This document shows positions 16,414 to 26,665 of a stretch of 64,000 nt of DNA, piece after piece. The notes beneath the pieces are model-generated. The model saw nothing but the letters and a program-made list of their open reading frames with translations. It was not told where the DNA came from and did no database searches. Source of the DNA: Actinomycetospora sp. (lineage in GTDB: Bacteria; Actinomycetota; Actinomycetes; Mycobacteriales; Pseudonocardiaceae); the NCBI GenBank assembly GCA_029266415.1, contig JAQSWW010000007.1, positions 1,035 to 65,034 of the forward strand, written 5' to 3'. Position numbers and translations under genes: made by a program. Every line of letters begins with the position of its first letter. Position 1 is the stretch's first letter.

Positions 16414-18795
16414 ATGACGTCCACGCGTCCCGCTCCCCCGCACCCCGACCGCGCCGCGGAGCAGGAGGCCCTGCGGGCCGTGGAGGACCGGGTGCTCTGG
16501 CTCGCGACGGCGATCGTCGACCACGCCAACCGCGTGCGCCCCAACCCCGGCGGACTCAAGGTCGGCGGGCACCAGGCGTCGTCGGCGTCGATCGTCTCGA
16601 TCATGACGGCGCTGTGGTTCCACACCCTGCGCCCCGAGGACCGGGTCTCGGTCAAGCCGCACGCCTCGCCGGTGCTGCACGCGATCAACCACCTGCTCGG
16701 CGAGCTCGACGCGTCGTACCTGACGACCCTGCGCGCCGCGGGCGGCCTGCAGTCCTACCCGTCGCGGTCGAAGGATCCGGACCCCGTCGACTACTCCACG
16801 GGCTCCGTCGGCATCGGGGCCACGGCGCCCATCTGGGGGACGATCGCCCGGCGCTACGCGGAGGGCATCGGGCGAGGCGGCACGGAGCGCAGCGGAGCTG
16901 CCGCGCCGGAGGCCGGTGGCAGGGCGGGGACGGGACGGCAGTTCTCGCTGGTCGGCGACGCGGAGCTCGACGAGGGCGCGGTGTGGGAGGCCGTGCTCGA
17001 CCCGATGGTCCGCGAGCTCGGCGAGGTCTGCTGGATCGTCGACTTCAACCGCCAGAGCCTCGATCGCGTCGTCCCCGACATCTCCGCCACCCGCCTGCAC
17101 GGGCTGTTCACCGCGGCGGGCTGGCAGGTCATCACCGTCAAGTACGGGCGGCTGCTCGCCGAGCTGTACGCGAAGCCGGGGGGCGACGCGCTGCGCCGGC
17201 GGATCGACGAGATGACCAACCCCGAGTACCAGCGGCTGCTGCGCTGCACCCCCCTGCAGCTGCGCGAGCGCCTGCCCGGCGACGGCCCGGACGCCGACGC
17301 GATCGCGCGGCTGCTGCGCGAGGTCGACGACGGGGTCGTGCACGCCGCGATCCGCAACCTCGGCGGCCACGACCTCGGCGCCCTCGCCGACGCCTACGAC
17401 GCGATCGACGACACCCGCCCCACGGTGATCTTCGCCTACACCGTCAAGGGCTACGGCCTCGCGAGCCAGGGCCACCCGCAGAACCACTCCAACCTGCTCA
17501 CCGAGACCCAGATGCGGGCGCTGGCCACGGGCCTGGGCACCGACCTCGACGACCCCTGGGCGCCGCTGCCCGACGACTCCCCGGCCGCCGCGCTCTGCCG
17601 CGAGACCGCCGTGCGCCTGCGCCGCTCCCCCGCGCCGCCCGCCGAACCGCCCGCGATCCCCGACGACCTCGACCGCACGCCCACCGGCACCGGCCACACC
17701 CAGCAGGCGCTGGGCCGCGCGCTGCTCGACCTCACCCGCTCCGCGCCCGAGGCCGCCCGCCGGGTGGTCACGGTCAGCCCCGACGTCACGTCGTCGACCA
17801 ACCTCGGCGGCTGGCTGAACAAGGTCGGGTCGTGGTCACCGCACGAGCGGCGCGACTGGTTCGCCGACGACGCCGAGACGATCCTGCACTGGCACGAGCT
17901 GCCCAGCGGCCAGCACATCGAGCTGGGCATCGCCGAGACCAACCTCGTCGGCCTGCTCGGTGAGCTCGGGGCCACCTGGTCGCGGTGGGGCGAGCCCCTG
18001 CTGCCCATCGGGGTGCTCTACGACCCGTTCGTCGCCCGCGCGCTCGAACCATGGGCGTTCGGGATGTACGCGGGCGGGCAGTCGATCCTGGTCGGCACGC
18101 CGTCGGGGGTGTCGCTGGCGCCGGAGGGCGGCGCGCACCAGTCGATCACCACGCCGTCGATCGGCCTGGAGCAGCCCGGCTGCGTCGCGTTCGAGCCGGC
18201 GTTCGGCGTCGAGGTGGGCTGGTGCCTGCTCGACGGGCTCGCGCGGCTGGGTCGCCCGGGCGGCTCGTCGACCTACCTGCGCCTGTCGACCGTCCCCGTC
18301 GACCAGAGCCTCGCCGCGGTCCCGTCCGACCCCGCGGCCCGTGCCCGGCGCCGTCGCGAGGTCACCGCCGGCGCGTACCTGCTGCGCCGGACGGCGGGCA
18401 CCCCGCAGGTGACGATCGCGGTGATGGGACCGCTGGTCGGGCAGGCCCTCGCGGCCGCCGACCGCCTGGACGCGCAGGGCGTGGCCGCCGACGTCGTCGT
18501 CGTCACCAGCCCCGACCGGCTCTTCCGCGCCCTGCGCGCCCGCCACGGGGCGACCGGCGCCCACGCCGAGCACCCGACCTGGATCCTCGACGCCGCCTTC
18601 CCCGCCGCCCGCGCCGCCCGCCTCGTGACGGTGCTCGACGGCCACCCGCACACGCTGGCGTTCCTGGCGGGCATCCACTCGGTGCGCGCCGCGCACCTCG
18701 GCGTCATCGACTTCGGCCGCTCCTCCGACCTCGCCGACGCCTGGGCGCACCACCACCTCGACACCGACGCGATCGTCGCGGCCGCGTTGGCCTGA
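16414..18795 (+). CDS. Transketolase-like 2-oxoacid (pyruvate) dehydrogenase E1 component, AceE-type
   Basis: KVGGHQASSAS, KPHASP, YSTGSVGIG, ThDP motif GDAELDEG...N, ELGIAETN, PEGGAHQS; RBS GGAGG. Confidence 0.87.
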   Translation: MTSTRPAPPHPDRAAEQEALRAVEDRVLWLATAIVDHANRVRPNPGGLKVGGHQASSASIVSIMTALWFHTLRPEDRVSVKPHASPVLHAINHLLGELDASYLTTLRAAGGLQSYPSRSKDPDPVDYSTGSVGIGATAPIWGTIARRYAEGIGRGGTERSGAAAPEAGGRAGTGRQFSLVGDAELDEGAVWEAVLDPMVRELGEVCWIVDFNRQSLDRVVPDISATRLHGLFTAAGWQVITVKYGRLLAELYAKPGGDALRRRIDEMTNPEYQRLLRCTPLQLRERLPGDGPDADAIARLLREVDDGVVHAAIRNLGGHDLGALADAYDAIDDTRPTVIFAYTVKGYGLASQGHPQNHSNLLTETQMRALATGLGTDLDDPWAPLPDDSPAAALCRETAVRLRRSPAPPAEPPAIPDDLDRTPTGTGHTQQALGRALLDLTRSAPEAARRVVTVSPDVTSSTNLGGWLNKVGSWSPHERRDWFADDAETILHWHELPSGQHIELGIAETNLVGLLGELGATWSRWGEPLLPIGVLYDPFVARALEPWAFGMYAGGQSILVGTPSGVSLAPEGGAHQSITTPSIGLEQPGCVAFEPAFGVEVGWCLLDGLARLGRPGGSSTYLRLSTVPVDQSLAAVPSDPAARARRRREVTAGAYLLRRTAGTPQVTIAVMGPLVGQALAAADRLDAQGVAADVVVVTSPDRLFRALRARHGATGAHAEHPTWILDAAFPAARAARLVTVLDGHPHTLAFLAGIHSVRAAHLGVIDFGRSSDLADAWAHHHLDTDAIVAAALA

Positions 18796-18801
18796 GGCTC
18801 T

Positions 18802-18824
18802 GTCAGCGAAGTGGCGTCGCTGAC
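18802..18824. terminator. Hairpin immediately after the E1 stop
   Basis: gtcagcga-7 nt-tcgctgac inverted repeat. Confidence 0.45.
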
Positions 18825-18929
18825 GTTCAGTGTCCGCAAAATTCCGTCGATCAAGAGCACGCCGGGCACAGGCATCGTCCTGGCCGCCCAGCGGGTAGAC
18901 CGCGCGCACGGGATCCGGAGGGAGGCCCC

Positions 18930-20372
18930 GTGCTCGACTGGCTCGCCGCGCCCGGCTACGCGACCGCCCGCTGGGTCGTCCAGCACCTCGTCGCGCTGGT
19001 CTACGTCATCGCCTTCACCGTCGCGCTGGCCCAGTTCCGCCCGCTGATCGGGGAGCGCGGCCTGACCCCGATCCCCCGCTTCCTCGCGCGCACGACGTTC
19101 CGTCGCCACCCGAGCCTGTTCCACCTGCGCTCCTCCGACACCGCCTTCCGCGTCGTCGCCGGCGCGGGCCTCGCCCTCGCCCTCGCCGCGCTCGCCGGCG
19201 CCACCGACGTGCTCCCGCTCGGCGCGGGGATCGCGCTCTGGGCCCTGCTCTGGGTGCTGTACCTGTCGATCGTCAACGTCGGCCAGGTCTGGTACGGCTT
19301 CGGCTGGGAGTCGCTGCTGCTCGAGGCGGGCTTCCTCGTCACGTTCCTCGGGCCGGCCGACGTCGCCCCGCCGACGCCGATCCTCTGGCTGCTGGTCTGG
19401 CTGCTCTTCCGCGTCGAGTTCGGCGCCGGCCTGATCAAGATGCGCGGCGACTCCTGCTGGCGCGACCTCACCTGCCTCGAGTACCACCACGAGACCCAGC
19501 CGCTGCCCAGCCCGACGAGCTGGTGGTTCCACCACCTGCCCCGCCCGCTGCACCGCGTCGAGGTGCTCGCCAACCACGTCACCCAGCTCGTCGTCCCGTT
19601 CCTGCTCTTCCTGCCCCAGCCGGTCGCGTCGGCAGCCGCCGTCGTCGTGATCGTCACGCAGGGCTGGCTGGTCGGGAGCGGCAACTTCGCCTGGCTCAAC
19701 TTCCTCACGATCACGCTGGCCTTCGCCGCGATCGACGACGCGCGCCTGCGCTGGCTGCTGCCGATCCCGCTGCCCGAGCAGGCCCCGATCCCGACGTGGT
19801 TCAGCATCGTCGTCCTCGCCGTGACGGCCCTCATGCTGGCGCTCTCGGTGTGGCCGGTGCTGAACATGGCCAGCGGCCGCCAGCTGATGAACGCCGGCAT
19901 CACGCCCGTGCACCTCGGCAACAGCTACGGCGCGTTCGGCTCGATCACCCGCCACCGCGACGAGGTCGTGCTCGAGGGCACCGACGACCCCGACGGTGGC
20001 GACGACGCGACGTGGCGCGAGTACGAGTTCCGCTCCAAGCCCGGCGACCCGTACCGCCGGCCGCCCCAGACCGCGCCCTACCACCGGCGGCTCGACTGGC
20101 TGATGTGGTTCGCCCCGCTCGCGCCGCGCATGGCCCGCAGCTGGCTCCCGACCCTGCTCGACCGACTGCTCGAGGCCGACCGTCCGACCCTGCGACTGCT
20201 GCGCCGCGACCCGTTCGACGGCGAGCGCCCGGCGTGGGTGCGGGCGCGGCTCTACCGCTACCGCTTCACCACCCGCGCCGAGCGCCGCGCGACCGGGGCC
20301 TGGTGGCACCGCGAGCTCATCGGCGACTACCTGCCCGCGAGGACCCTGTCCCGCTCGTCGGCCGCGCCGTAG
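18930..20372 (+). CDS. Lipase maturation factor (LMF) family membrane protein
   Basis: GQVWYGFGWESLLLEAGFL, GAGLIK, YHHETQPLP, APYHRRLDWLMWFA. Confidence 0.88.
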   Translation: MLDWLAAPGYATARWVVQHLVALVYVIAFTVALAQFRPLIGERGLTPIPRFLARTTFRRHPSLFHLRSSDTAFRVVAGAGLALALAALAGATDVLPLGAGIALWALLWVLYLSIVNVGQVWYGFGWESLLLEAGFLVTFLGPADVAPPTPILWLLVWLLFRVEFGAGLIKMRGDSCWRDLTCLEYHHETQPLPSPTSWWFHHLPRPLHRVEVLANHVTQLVVPFLLFLPQPVASAAAVVVIVTQGWLVGSGNFAWLNFLTITLAFAAIDDARLRWLLPIPLPEQAPIPTWFSIVVLAVTALMLALSVWPVLNMASGRQLMNAGITPVHLGNSYGAFGSITRHRDEVVLEGTDDPDGGDDATWREYEFRSKPGDPYRRPPQTAPYHRRLDWLMWFAPLAPRMARSWLPTLLDRLLEADRPTLRLLRRDPFDGERPAWVRARLYRYRFTTRAERRATGAWWHRELIGDYLPARTLSRSSAAP

Positions 20373-21979
20373 ACGAGGCGGTGCCCGGCGCGGATGCCGG
20401 CGGCGTAGACACGGCCCAGACGCCCGGCCCGCGCGAGCGCCGCCCGCGCCGCGTTCGCGCCCGGCGCCCCGTGCACCGCGCCCGCCGGGTGGGCCGTCGC
20501 ACCGGCGAGGAACAGGCCGTCGACGGCGGTGTCGGGCCGGCCGAGCCCGGGGGTCGGGCGGAACACCAGCATCTGGTGGATCTGCGCGGTGCCCTGCATC
20601 AGCGCGCCGCCGACCAGCGACGGGTCCTGCGCCTGCAGGTCCGCCGGGCGGGAGACGCGGCGTGCGACGACCCGGTCGCCGAACCCGGGCGCGTGGCGCT
20701 CGATCACCGCGGTCATCCGCCGGACCTGCTCGTCGAGCTCGGCCTCGGTGTGCTCGCGGGAGTGCGGGAGGTGCGTGTACGCCCACACCGACTCGGTGCC
20801 CGCCGGCGACCGTGAGGGGTCCGAGAGCGTCATCTGCCCGAACAGCATGAACGGGTTCGCCGGCATGCGGCCCGCGTCGAGGTCGGCGCCGAAGTCGACG
20901 AGGCCTGCGGTGTCGCCGCCGAGGTGCACGGTGCCCGCCTCGCGCGCCTCGGGCGCGGTCCACGGGACGGGCCCCGACAACGCCCAGTCGATCTTGAGGA
21001 TGGCGTCGTCCCACTGGAAGCGCGCGAGGTCGTCGACCAGGCGCACGGGGAGGTGCTCGACGCCGACGAGGTCGCGGAGCAGCAGCGGGGCGGGCACGTC
21101 GGCGAGGACGGCGCGCCGGGCGCGGACCACCGAACCGCCCGCGTCCTGCACACCGACGGCCCGGCCGCCCTCGACCAGCACCCGCGTCACGGGACGCGCG
21201 CACTCGACGGTCCCGCCGCGGGCCCGCAGGCGGGCGACGAGCGCCTCGGCGATCTTCCCCGACCCGCCCGCGGGCACCGGGAAGCCGACGTCCTGGGCCA
21301 GCATCGACAGGAGCCACCCGAACGCGGTGCTCGCGGTCTGGGTGACGCCGAGGTCGGTGTGCAGGGCGTTGCCGGCGATCAGCACCCGCGCGCCCTCGCC
21401 GCCGAACTCCTCCTGGCCGAACCGGACGGCGGGCAGCAGCATCCGCCGCGCGAGGCGCAGCGCGTCGGGCCCGCCGAGCGTCCGCAGCACCCGCGTCGCG
21501 TCCCTGACCGGCGGGAACGGGCCGAGGAACGCGGCCATCAGCGGGTCGCGCAGGCGCTGCCACTCGTCGGCGAGCCGGCGCCACGCGTCGCCGTCGCCCG
21601 GGGCGAAGCGGTCGAGCGAGGCGGCGGTGACGTCGACGTCGCGCGAGAGCAGCACGCCCCGGTCGTCGGACAGGACGTGGGCCAGCGGGGCGGGCGCGTG
21701 GCGCCACTCCAGCCCGTGCGCGCCGAGGTCGAGCCCGCGCAGCACCGGCGACACGTAGCCCATGGGGTGGAACGCGCTGCCGAGGTCGTTGAGGTAGCCG
21801 GGCGCGGTGATCTCCTCGGTGCGCGTCGCGCCGCCCGGCGCGTCCGCCGCCTCGAGGACCGTGACCGACCAGCCCTGGTCGGCGAGCAGGTTGGCCGCGA
21901 CCAGCCCGTTGTGCCCCGCGCCGACGACCACGGCGTCGGCGGTCTCGGTGCTCGTGGTCAGCGCGCTGGCCCGTGTCAT
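20327..21979 (-). CDS. Phytoene desaturase-family NAD(P)/FAD-dependent oxidoreductase
   Basis: VVVGAGHNGLVAA Rossmann motif; LFLAGATAHPAGAVHGAPG C-terminal motif. Confidence 0.85.
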   Translation of the reverse strand: MTRASALTTSTETADAVVVGAGHNGLVAANLLADQGWSVTVLEAADAPGGATRTEEITAPGYLNDLGSAFHPMGYVSPVLRGLDLGAHGLEWRHAPAPLAHVLSDDRGVLLSRDVDVTAASLDRFAPGDGDAWRRLADEWQRLRDPLMAAFLGPFPPVRDATRVLRTLGGPDALRLARRMLLPAVRFGQEEFGGEGARVLIAGNALHTDLGVTQTASTAFGWLLSMLAQDVGFPVPAGGSGKIAEALVARLRARGGTVECARPVTRVLVEGGRAVGVQDAGGSVVRARRAVLADVPAPLLLRDLVGVEHLPVRLVDDLARFQWDDAILKIDWALSGPVPWTAPEAREAGTVHLGGDTAGLVDFGADLDAGRMPANPFMLFGQMTLSDPSRSPAGTESVWAYTHLPHSREHTEAELDEQVRRMTAVIERHAPGFGDRVVARRVSRPADLQAQDPSLVGGALMQGTAQIHQMLVFRPTPGLGRPDTAVDGLFLAGATAHPAGAVHGAPGANAARAALARAGRLGRVYAAGIRAGHRLVYGAADERDRVLAGR

Positions 21980-22143
21980 GGGCGCAGTCTTCCCGGTGTG
22001 GTCGCGGGGAACCGCGTGTACCCGACGACCATGAGCACCCCGGACGAGGTGGCCGACGTGCGGGAGGTCGTCCCCGACTGCGCAGTCCGGCCGATCACCG
22101 CAACCCCTCCCCTACGGCGCGGTACACCGGGAGAATCGCGGCC

Positions 22144-23338
22144 ATGAGCACTCGGCTGTGGCATCCGTTCTCCGACATGGCGGCGGTCGTGGTACGCCAA
22201 CGCGGGGCACGGCCGCCAGGAGATCGTGCAGGCCGCGATGAACCAGATGAGCAAGCTCGAGGCCTACTCGTGCTTCGCGGACATCGCCAACCGCCCCGCG
22301 CTGGAGCTCGCCGAACGCCTCGCCGACCTCGCGCCCGTCGACGACGCGAAGATCTTCTTCGGCTCGGGCGGCGCCGACGCCATCGACACGGCGGTCAAGC
22401 TCGCGCGCGCCTACTGGCAGGCCCGCGGCGAGCACGACCGCGTCCACGTCGTCTCGCGCGAGACCGGCTACCACGGCACCCACGGCTTCGGGACCTCGAT
22501 CACCGGTATCCCACCCAACCGCGAGGGCTGGGGTGTGCTGCCCGGCGAGAACACCGTGGCGCCGCTGCACGACCTCGACGGCGTCGAGAAGGTCTTCGCC
22601 GAGGTCGGCCCGGAGCGGATCGCGGCGTTCGTCATCGAGCCCGTCACCGGCGCCGGCGGGGTGCACCTGCCGGTCGAGGGCTACATCGAGGGCGTCGCCG
22701 AGCTCTGCCGGCGCCACGGCGTGCTCCTGATCATCGACGCGGTGATCGCGGGCTTCGGCCGACTGGGCAGGTGGTTCGGGATCGAGCGCTTCGGCGTGCG
22801 CCCGGACATGATCACCTTTGCCAAGGGCGTCACCAGCGGCTACCTGCCGCTCGGCGGCGTCGTCGTGTCCGGGGAGGTCGCCGCGCCCTGGTGGACCACC
22901 CCCGGCGAGCGCACCCTGCGCCACGGCCCGACCTACTCGGGGCACCCGACGTGCTGCGCGGCCGGCCTCGCGACGCTCGACGTCTACGAGCGCGAGAACC
23001 TCATCCCGCGGGGCGAGGAGCTGGAGAACCCGCTGTTCGAGGCGCTCGTGTCGCTGACGGGCCACCCCTACGTCCACGAGGTGCGGGCGGGCTTCGGGCT
23101 GCTGGCGGCCGTGGAGCTCGAGCCCGAGGTCCTCAGCAGCGTTCGCGACGCCCCGAACGCGCTGCTGCGCGGTGCCCGCAAGGCCGGCGTGCTCGTGCGC
23201 GGGCTCGGCAAGGGCGTCGCGGTGTCGCCGCCGCTGATCATCGACGCGAGCGAGCTGTCCCTGCTCGCCGACGGCATCCGCGCCGGCCTCGACTCGCTGC
23301 CCGTCGACGCCCCGGTGCCGGCCGCCCCGGGCGCGTAG
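22144..23338 (+). pseudogene. Class III aminotransferase with an internal deletion and frameshift near the 5' end
   Basis: MSTRLWHPFSDMAAV (from 22144) joins WYANAGHGR (22190) in another frame; downstream EPVTGAGG, DAVIAGFGRLG, FAKGVTSGYLPLG, HGPTYSGHP are intact. Confidence 0.7.
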
Positions 23339-23661
23339 TGACGACGCCCGCGCCTGACGTGTTCCTCGCCGACTGCCCCGCCCGCTCGGCGCTCGAGCTG
23401 ATCGCCGACACGTGGTCGGTGGTGGTGCTCGTCGGCCTGGCGCACGGCCCGCGGCGGTACTCGTCCCTGCTCGAGCGGGCCGGCGGGATCAGCAAGAAGA
23501 TGCTGACCCAGACCCTGCGCCGCCTCACCGACGCGGGGCTCGTCGCGCGCCCGGAAATGCGCGGCGGGGACTACGCGCTCACCGACCTGGGCGTCTCGCT
23601 GCTCGGGCCGCTCACCGCGTTGACGGCGTGGGCCGAGGAGCACGCGGCGGAGCTCGGCTGA
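23338..23661 (+). CDS. HxlR-family winged-helix regulator
   Basis: CPARSALELIADTWS, GISKKMLTQTLRRL, YALTDLG. Confidence 0.85.
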   Translation: MTTPAPDVFLADCPARSALELIADTWSVVVLVGLAHGPRRYSSLLERAGGISKKMLTQTLRRLTDAGLVARPEMRGGDYALTDLGVSLLGPLTALTAWAEEHAAELG

Positions 23662-23705
23662 CGAGGGCACCCGGAGGTTCCCTCGCGTCGCGCAGCATCG
23701 ACGGC

Positions 23706-24530
23706 ATGAGGGTTCTGGTGGCCGGTGCGACGGGGAACGTGGGCGCCGAGGTGGTGCGGGCGCTCGTCGAGCAGGGTGCGGGCGAGGTCCGCGCCCTGTC
23801 GCGGCGGGGCGGAGCGGTCGCCGGCGCGGTGCCGGTGACCGGCGACCTGGCCGACCGCGCGGGCCTCGCCGACGTGTGGACGGGCGTCGACGCCGTGTTC
23901 CTGCCCGCCGGCCATCCCGACGTGGCCGGGCTGCTCGCGGACATGCGGGTGGCTGGCGTGCGGCGGGTGGTGCTGCTGTCGACCGGCGCGGTCGTCGGGG
24001 GCGACCTCGACAACGCCGTCACCCGCTTCAACGTCGTCTCCGAGGCCGCGGTGCGCGACGCCGGCCTGGCGTGGACGGTGCTGCGCCCGAGTGGCTTCGC
24101 GTCGAACGCCCTGCAGTGGGCGCCGCAGCTGCGCGCCGGCGACGTCGTCCGCGAGCCGTTCGCCGACGTCCCGGTCGCCGTGGTCGACCCCGCCGACATC
24201 GGCGCCGTCGCCGCCCTCGCCCTCGCCGGCGACGGCCTCGCCGGGCAGAGCCTGCGGCTCACCGGCCCCGAGGCGACGCTCCCGGCGGACCGCCTGGCCG
24301 TGCTCGCGGACCTCCTCGGGCGCGACCTGCACCTCGACCCCGAGCCCGACGACGCGGCGCACCGCCGCATGGCCGCGGCGATGCCGCCGGCGTACGTCGA
24401 CGCGTTCTTCCGCTTCTTCCGCGGCGGGGAGTACGACGACAGCGGGGTGACATCGGTGGTCCCCGACCTCCTCGTCCGCCCGGCCCGGACGTTCCGGCAG
24501 TGGGCGCAGGGTCACCTCGACGCATTCTGA
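23706..24530 (+). CDS. NmrA-like NAD(P)H-binding protein
   Basis: MRVLVAGATGNVG, WTVLRPSGFASN, VDPADIG. Confidence 0.85.
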   Translation: MRVLVAGATGNVGAEVVRALVEQGAGEVRALSRRGGAVAGAVPVTGDLADRAGLADVWTGVDAVFLPAGHPDVAGLLADMRVAGVRRVVLLSTGAVVGGDLDNAVTRFNVVSEAAVRDAGLAWTVLRPSGFASNALQWAPQLRAGDVVREPFADVPVAVVDPADIGAVAALALAGDGLAGQSLRLTGPEATLPADRLAVLADLLGRDLHLDPEPDDAAHRRMAAAMPPAYVDAFFRFFRGGEYDDSGVTSVVPDLLVRPARTFRQWAQGHLDAF

Positions 24531-25189
24531 GCCGCCCCGCCCAGGGCCGCGGCCAGCCGCCGGCGGGCGTCCGCGTCACCGCTCACGGCGAGCCGCCCGG
24601 CGGCGGCGAGCTCGCGGGCGCGCGCGGGGTCGCGCACGGCCGTGACCAGCGCCGCTGCGTCACCGGTGACCACCACGTCCGCGGTCGCCACGTCGTCCGG
24701 GTCCGCGACGTGCACCCCGTCCGCGTCGAGCCGCAACCACACCGACGACGCACCGTCGTCCGCCGTGCGCAGGTCGAAGCGGACGACGAGCTCGCGGTCG
24801 AGGGCGCCGGGCACCAGGAGGATCTCCAGGGCGAGCGTGAGCCACTGCGGGCGGAACGCCAGGCCCGCGGTGTCGTCGGGCAGCCGCGCGAGCCCGAACC
24901 GGGCGAGGGCCTCCACCACCGGCCGCAGCTCGCCGCCCGCGTCGGTCAGCCGATAGGTCCGGGTGCGCCCGTCGCCATGACCGGGCACGGTCTCCACGAG
25001 CCCCGCCGCCTCGAGGTCGCGCAGGCGGCCGGCGAGGAGGTTCGTGGCGATGCCGGGCAGGTCGCGGGTGAGCTCGCCGTAGCGTCGCGGACCGGCCAGC
25101 AGCTCGCGGACCACCAGCAGCGTCCAGCGGTCGCCGACGACGTCGAGGGCGGTCGCGACGGCGCAGAACTGCCCGTACGTCGCCGCCAT
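24512..25189 (-). CDS. HxlR-family regulator with C-terminal SCP2-like domain
   Basis: YGQFCAVATALDVVGDRWTLLVVRELL; C-terminal GRLAVSGD. Confidence 0.85.
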   Translation of the reverse strand: MAATYGQFCAVATALDVVGDRWTLLVVRELLAGPRRYGELTRDLPGIATNLLAGRLRDLEAAGLVETVPGHGDGRTRTYRLTDAGGELRPVVEALARFGLARLPDDTAGLAFRPQWLTLALEILLVPGALDRELVVRFDLRTADDGASSVWLRLDADGVHVADPDDVATADVVVTGDAAALVTAVRDPARARELAAAGRLAVSGDADARRRLAAALGGAAQNASR

Positions 25190-25198
25190 GGGTCGAGC

Positions 25199-26581
25199 CT
25201 AGGTCGAGGGCGGCCGCCACCGCGGGTCGCGGCCCGTGAGCCCGAGCAGGCGGTCGCCGGCGGTGGCGCCCGGTCCCGGGTCGAGCCGGGCGGCGAAGGC
25301 GGCGCCGGGGCCCCAGGCGAGGTCGGGGAAGGCGGACACCACGCGCTCGGCCGCGACGGCGAGGTCCTCGTCGAACCGGTACGGCACGCCGGCGGCGCGG
25401 GCGAGGTCCCAGCCGTGGACGAGGACGTCGGCGAAGTGCACCGCGAGGGCCGAGCGGGCGGAGCGCTGCTGCCCGCCGAGGGGGAAGCGCGCGTCGGCGG
25501 CCGCGGGGCGCGCGTGGGCGGCGAGCACCGCCTCGCCCGAGCGCCGCAGGTCGTCGCCGGCGTCGGGCCCGCCGAGCACGGCGAGCTGGGCGCGGTTGTT
25601 CTCGACGAGGTGGTCGACGACGTCGCGGACGGTCCACCCGGCGCACGGGGTCGGCGCGTCCCACCGATCACGCGGCACGGTCTCGGCGACGCCCGCCGTG
25701 GCGCCGAGCGCGCGCCGGTCGAGGTCGAGCACGTCGGGGGCGCCGTCCGGGATCGTCAGGATGCGCTCGGCGACCGCCGCGGGGGCGTCGACCTGCACGT
25801 AGTGCCCGGCGCCTGGGACGAGGGTCAGCTCGGCGTCGGCGAAGGAGCCGGCGAGGGCGCGCGCCACCCCCGCGTTGAGGTACGGGTCGCGGTCGCCGAA
25901 GACCACACGCACCGGGACGTCGAGACCCGCGAGGGCCGCCGAGCGCCGGCGGCGGTCGAGCAGTGTCCGGGGCAGGTCGGCGTTGAGCCGCCAGAACGCC
26001 TCGCGGGCGGGCACGAAGTCGGCGTAGAGGCGTGGCACCAGATCGGCGCGGGCCGCGTCGTCGACGATGAACCGGCCGATCTGCCAGGTGAAGAGGCGGT
26101 GGTCGAGCTCGGGTGCCCGGCGGGCGAGGGCGCGGGCGAGCACCCGCAGGCCGGGCGTCGAGTACAGGGTGATCGCCTCGGGGGCGCGCAGCGTCCGGGT
26201 CCACCCGTAGTAGGTGTTGAGCAGGACGAGCCCGGCGACGCGGTGGGGCCACAACAACGCGAGGTCGATCGCCGGCGGGCCGGACGAGTCGTGGGCGACG
26301 AGCACCACCGGGCCGTCGATCGCGTCGACCACCGCGGCCAGTTCCGCGGTCTGGTCGTGGGCGCTGCGCGGATGGCCGGGCGGTTTGTCGGAGGCGCCCC
26401 AGCCGAGGAAGTCGAAGCGCACGACGTGCCGGCCGGCCAGGTGCGGGACGAGGCGGTCGTGGAGGTGGCGGTCGTCGGGGAAGCCGTGCAGGAGCACGAT
26501 CGTCGGACCGGCGCCGGGCTCCTCCTCGACGTGGAGGGCGTGGCCGCGGTGGGTCACGGACAGGGGTGCGGTCGTCGTCAT
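25199..26581 (-). CDS. Alpha/beta hydrolase fused to a TIGR03086/MDMPI-N (DinB-superfamily) domain
   Basis: LLHGFPD, AHDSSG elbow, GAGHYVQVDAP, then WDAPTPCAGWTVRDVVDHL and LVHGWDLARA. Confidence 0.8.
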   Translation of the reverse strand: MTTTAPLSVTHRGHALHVEEEPGAGPTIVLLHGFPDDRHLHDRLVPHLAGRHVVRFDFLGWGASDKPPGHPRSAHDQTAELAAVVDAIDGPVVLVAHDSSGPPAIDLALLWPHRVAGLVLLNTYYGWTRTLRAPEAITLYSTPGLRVLARALARRAPELDHRLFTWQIGRFIVDDAARADLVPRLYADFVPAREAFWRLNADLPRTLLDRRRRSAALAGLDVPVRVVFGDRDPYLNAGVARALAGSFADAELTLVPGAGHYVQVDAPAAVAERILTIPDGAPDVLDLDRRALGATAGVAETVPRDRWDAPTPCAGWTVRDVVDHLVENNRAQLAVLGGPDAGDDLRRSGEAVLAAHARPAAADARFPLGGQQRSARSALAVHFADVLVHGWDLARAAGVPYRFDEDLAVAAERVVSAFPDLAWGPGAAFAARLDPGPGATAGDRLLGLTGRDPRWRPPST

Positions 26582-26602
26582 GGTGCGATCGCACCGCAGA
26601 TT

Positions 26603-26619
26603 GCTTGATAAAGTCAAGC
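26603..26619. promoter_or_regulatory. Inverted-repeat operator, probably for the HxlR-SCP2 regulator
   Basis: GCTTGA-taaag-TCAAGC in an AT-rich intergenic patch. Confidence 0.6.
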
Positions 26620-26665
26620 TAGTTGGTGCTGTCCCCCTGCCCGGCCGGTCTGGTGCGATGGACCC

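Noticed and set aside
21973-23661. 562-aa aminotransferase-HxlR fusion ORF
   Set aside because: The middle is an out-of-frame read of the aminotransferase; HxlR has its own coupled GTG start at 23338
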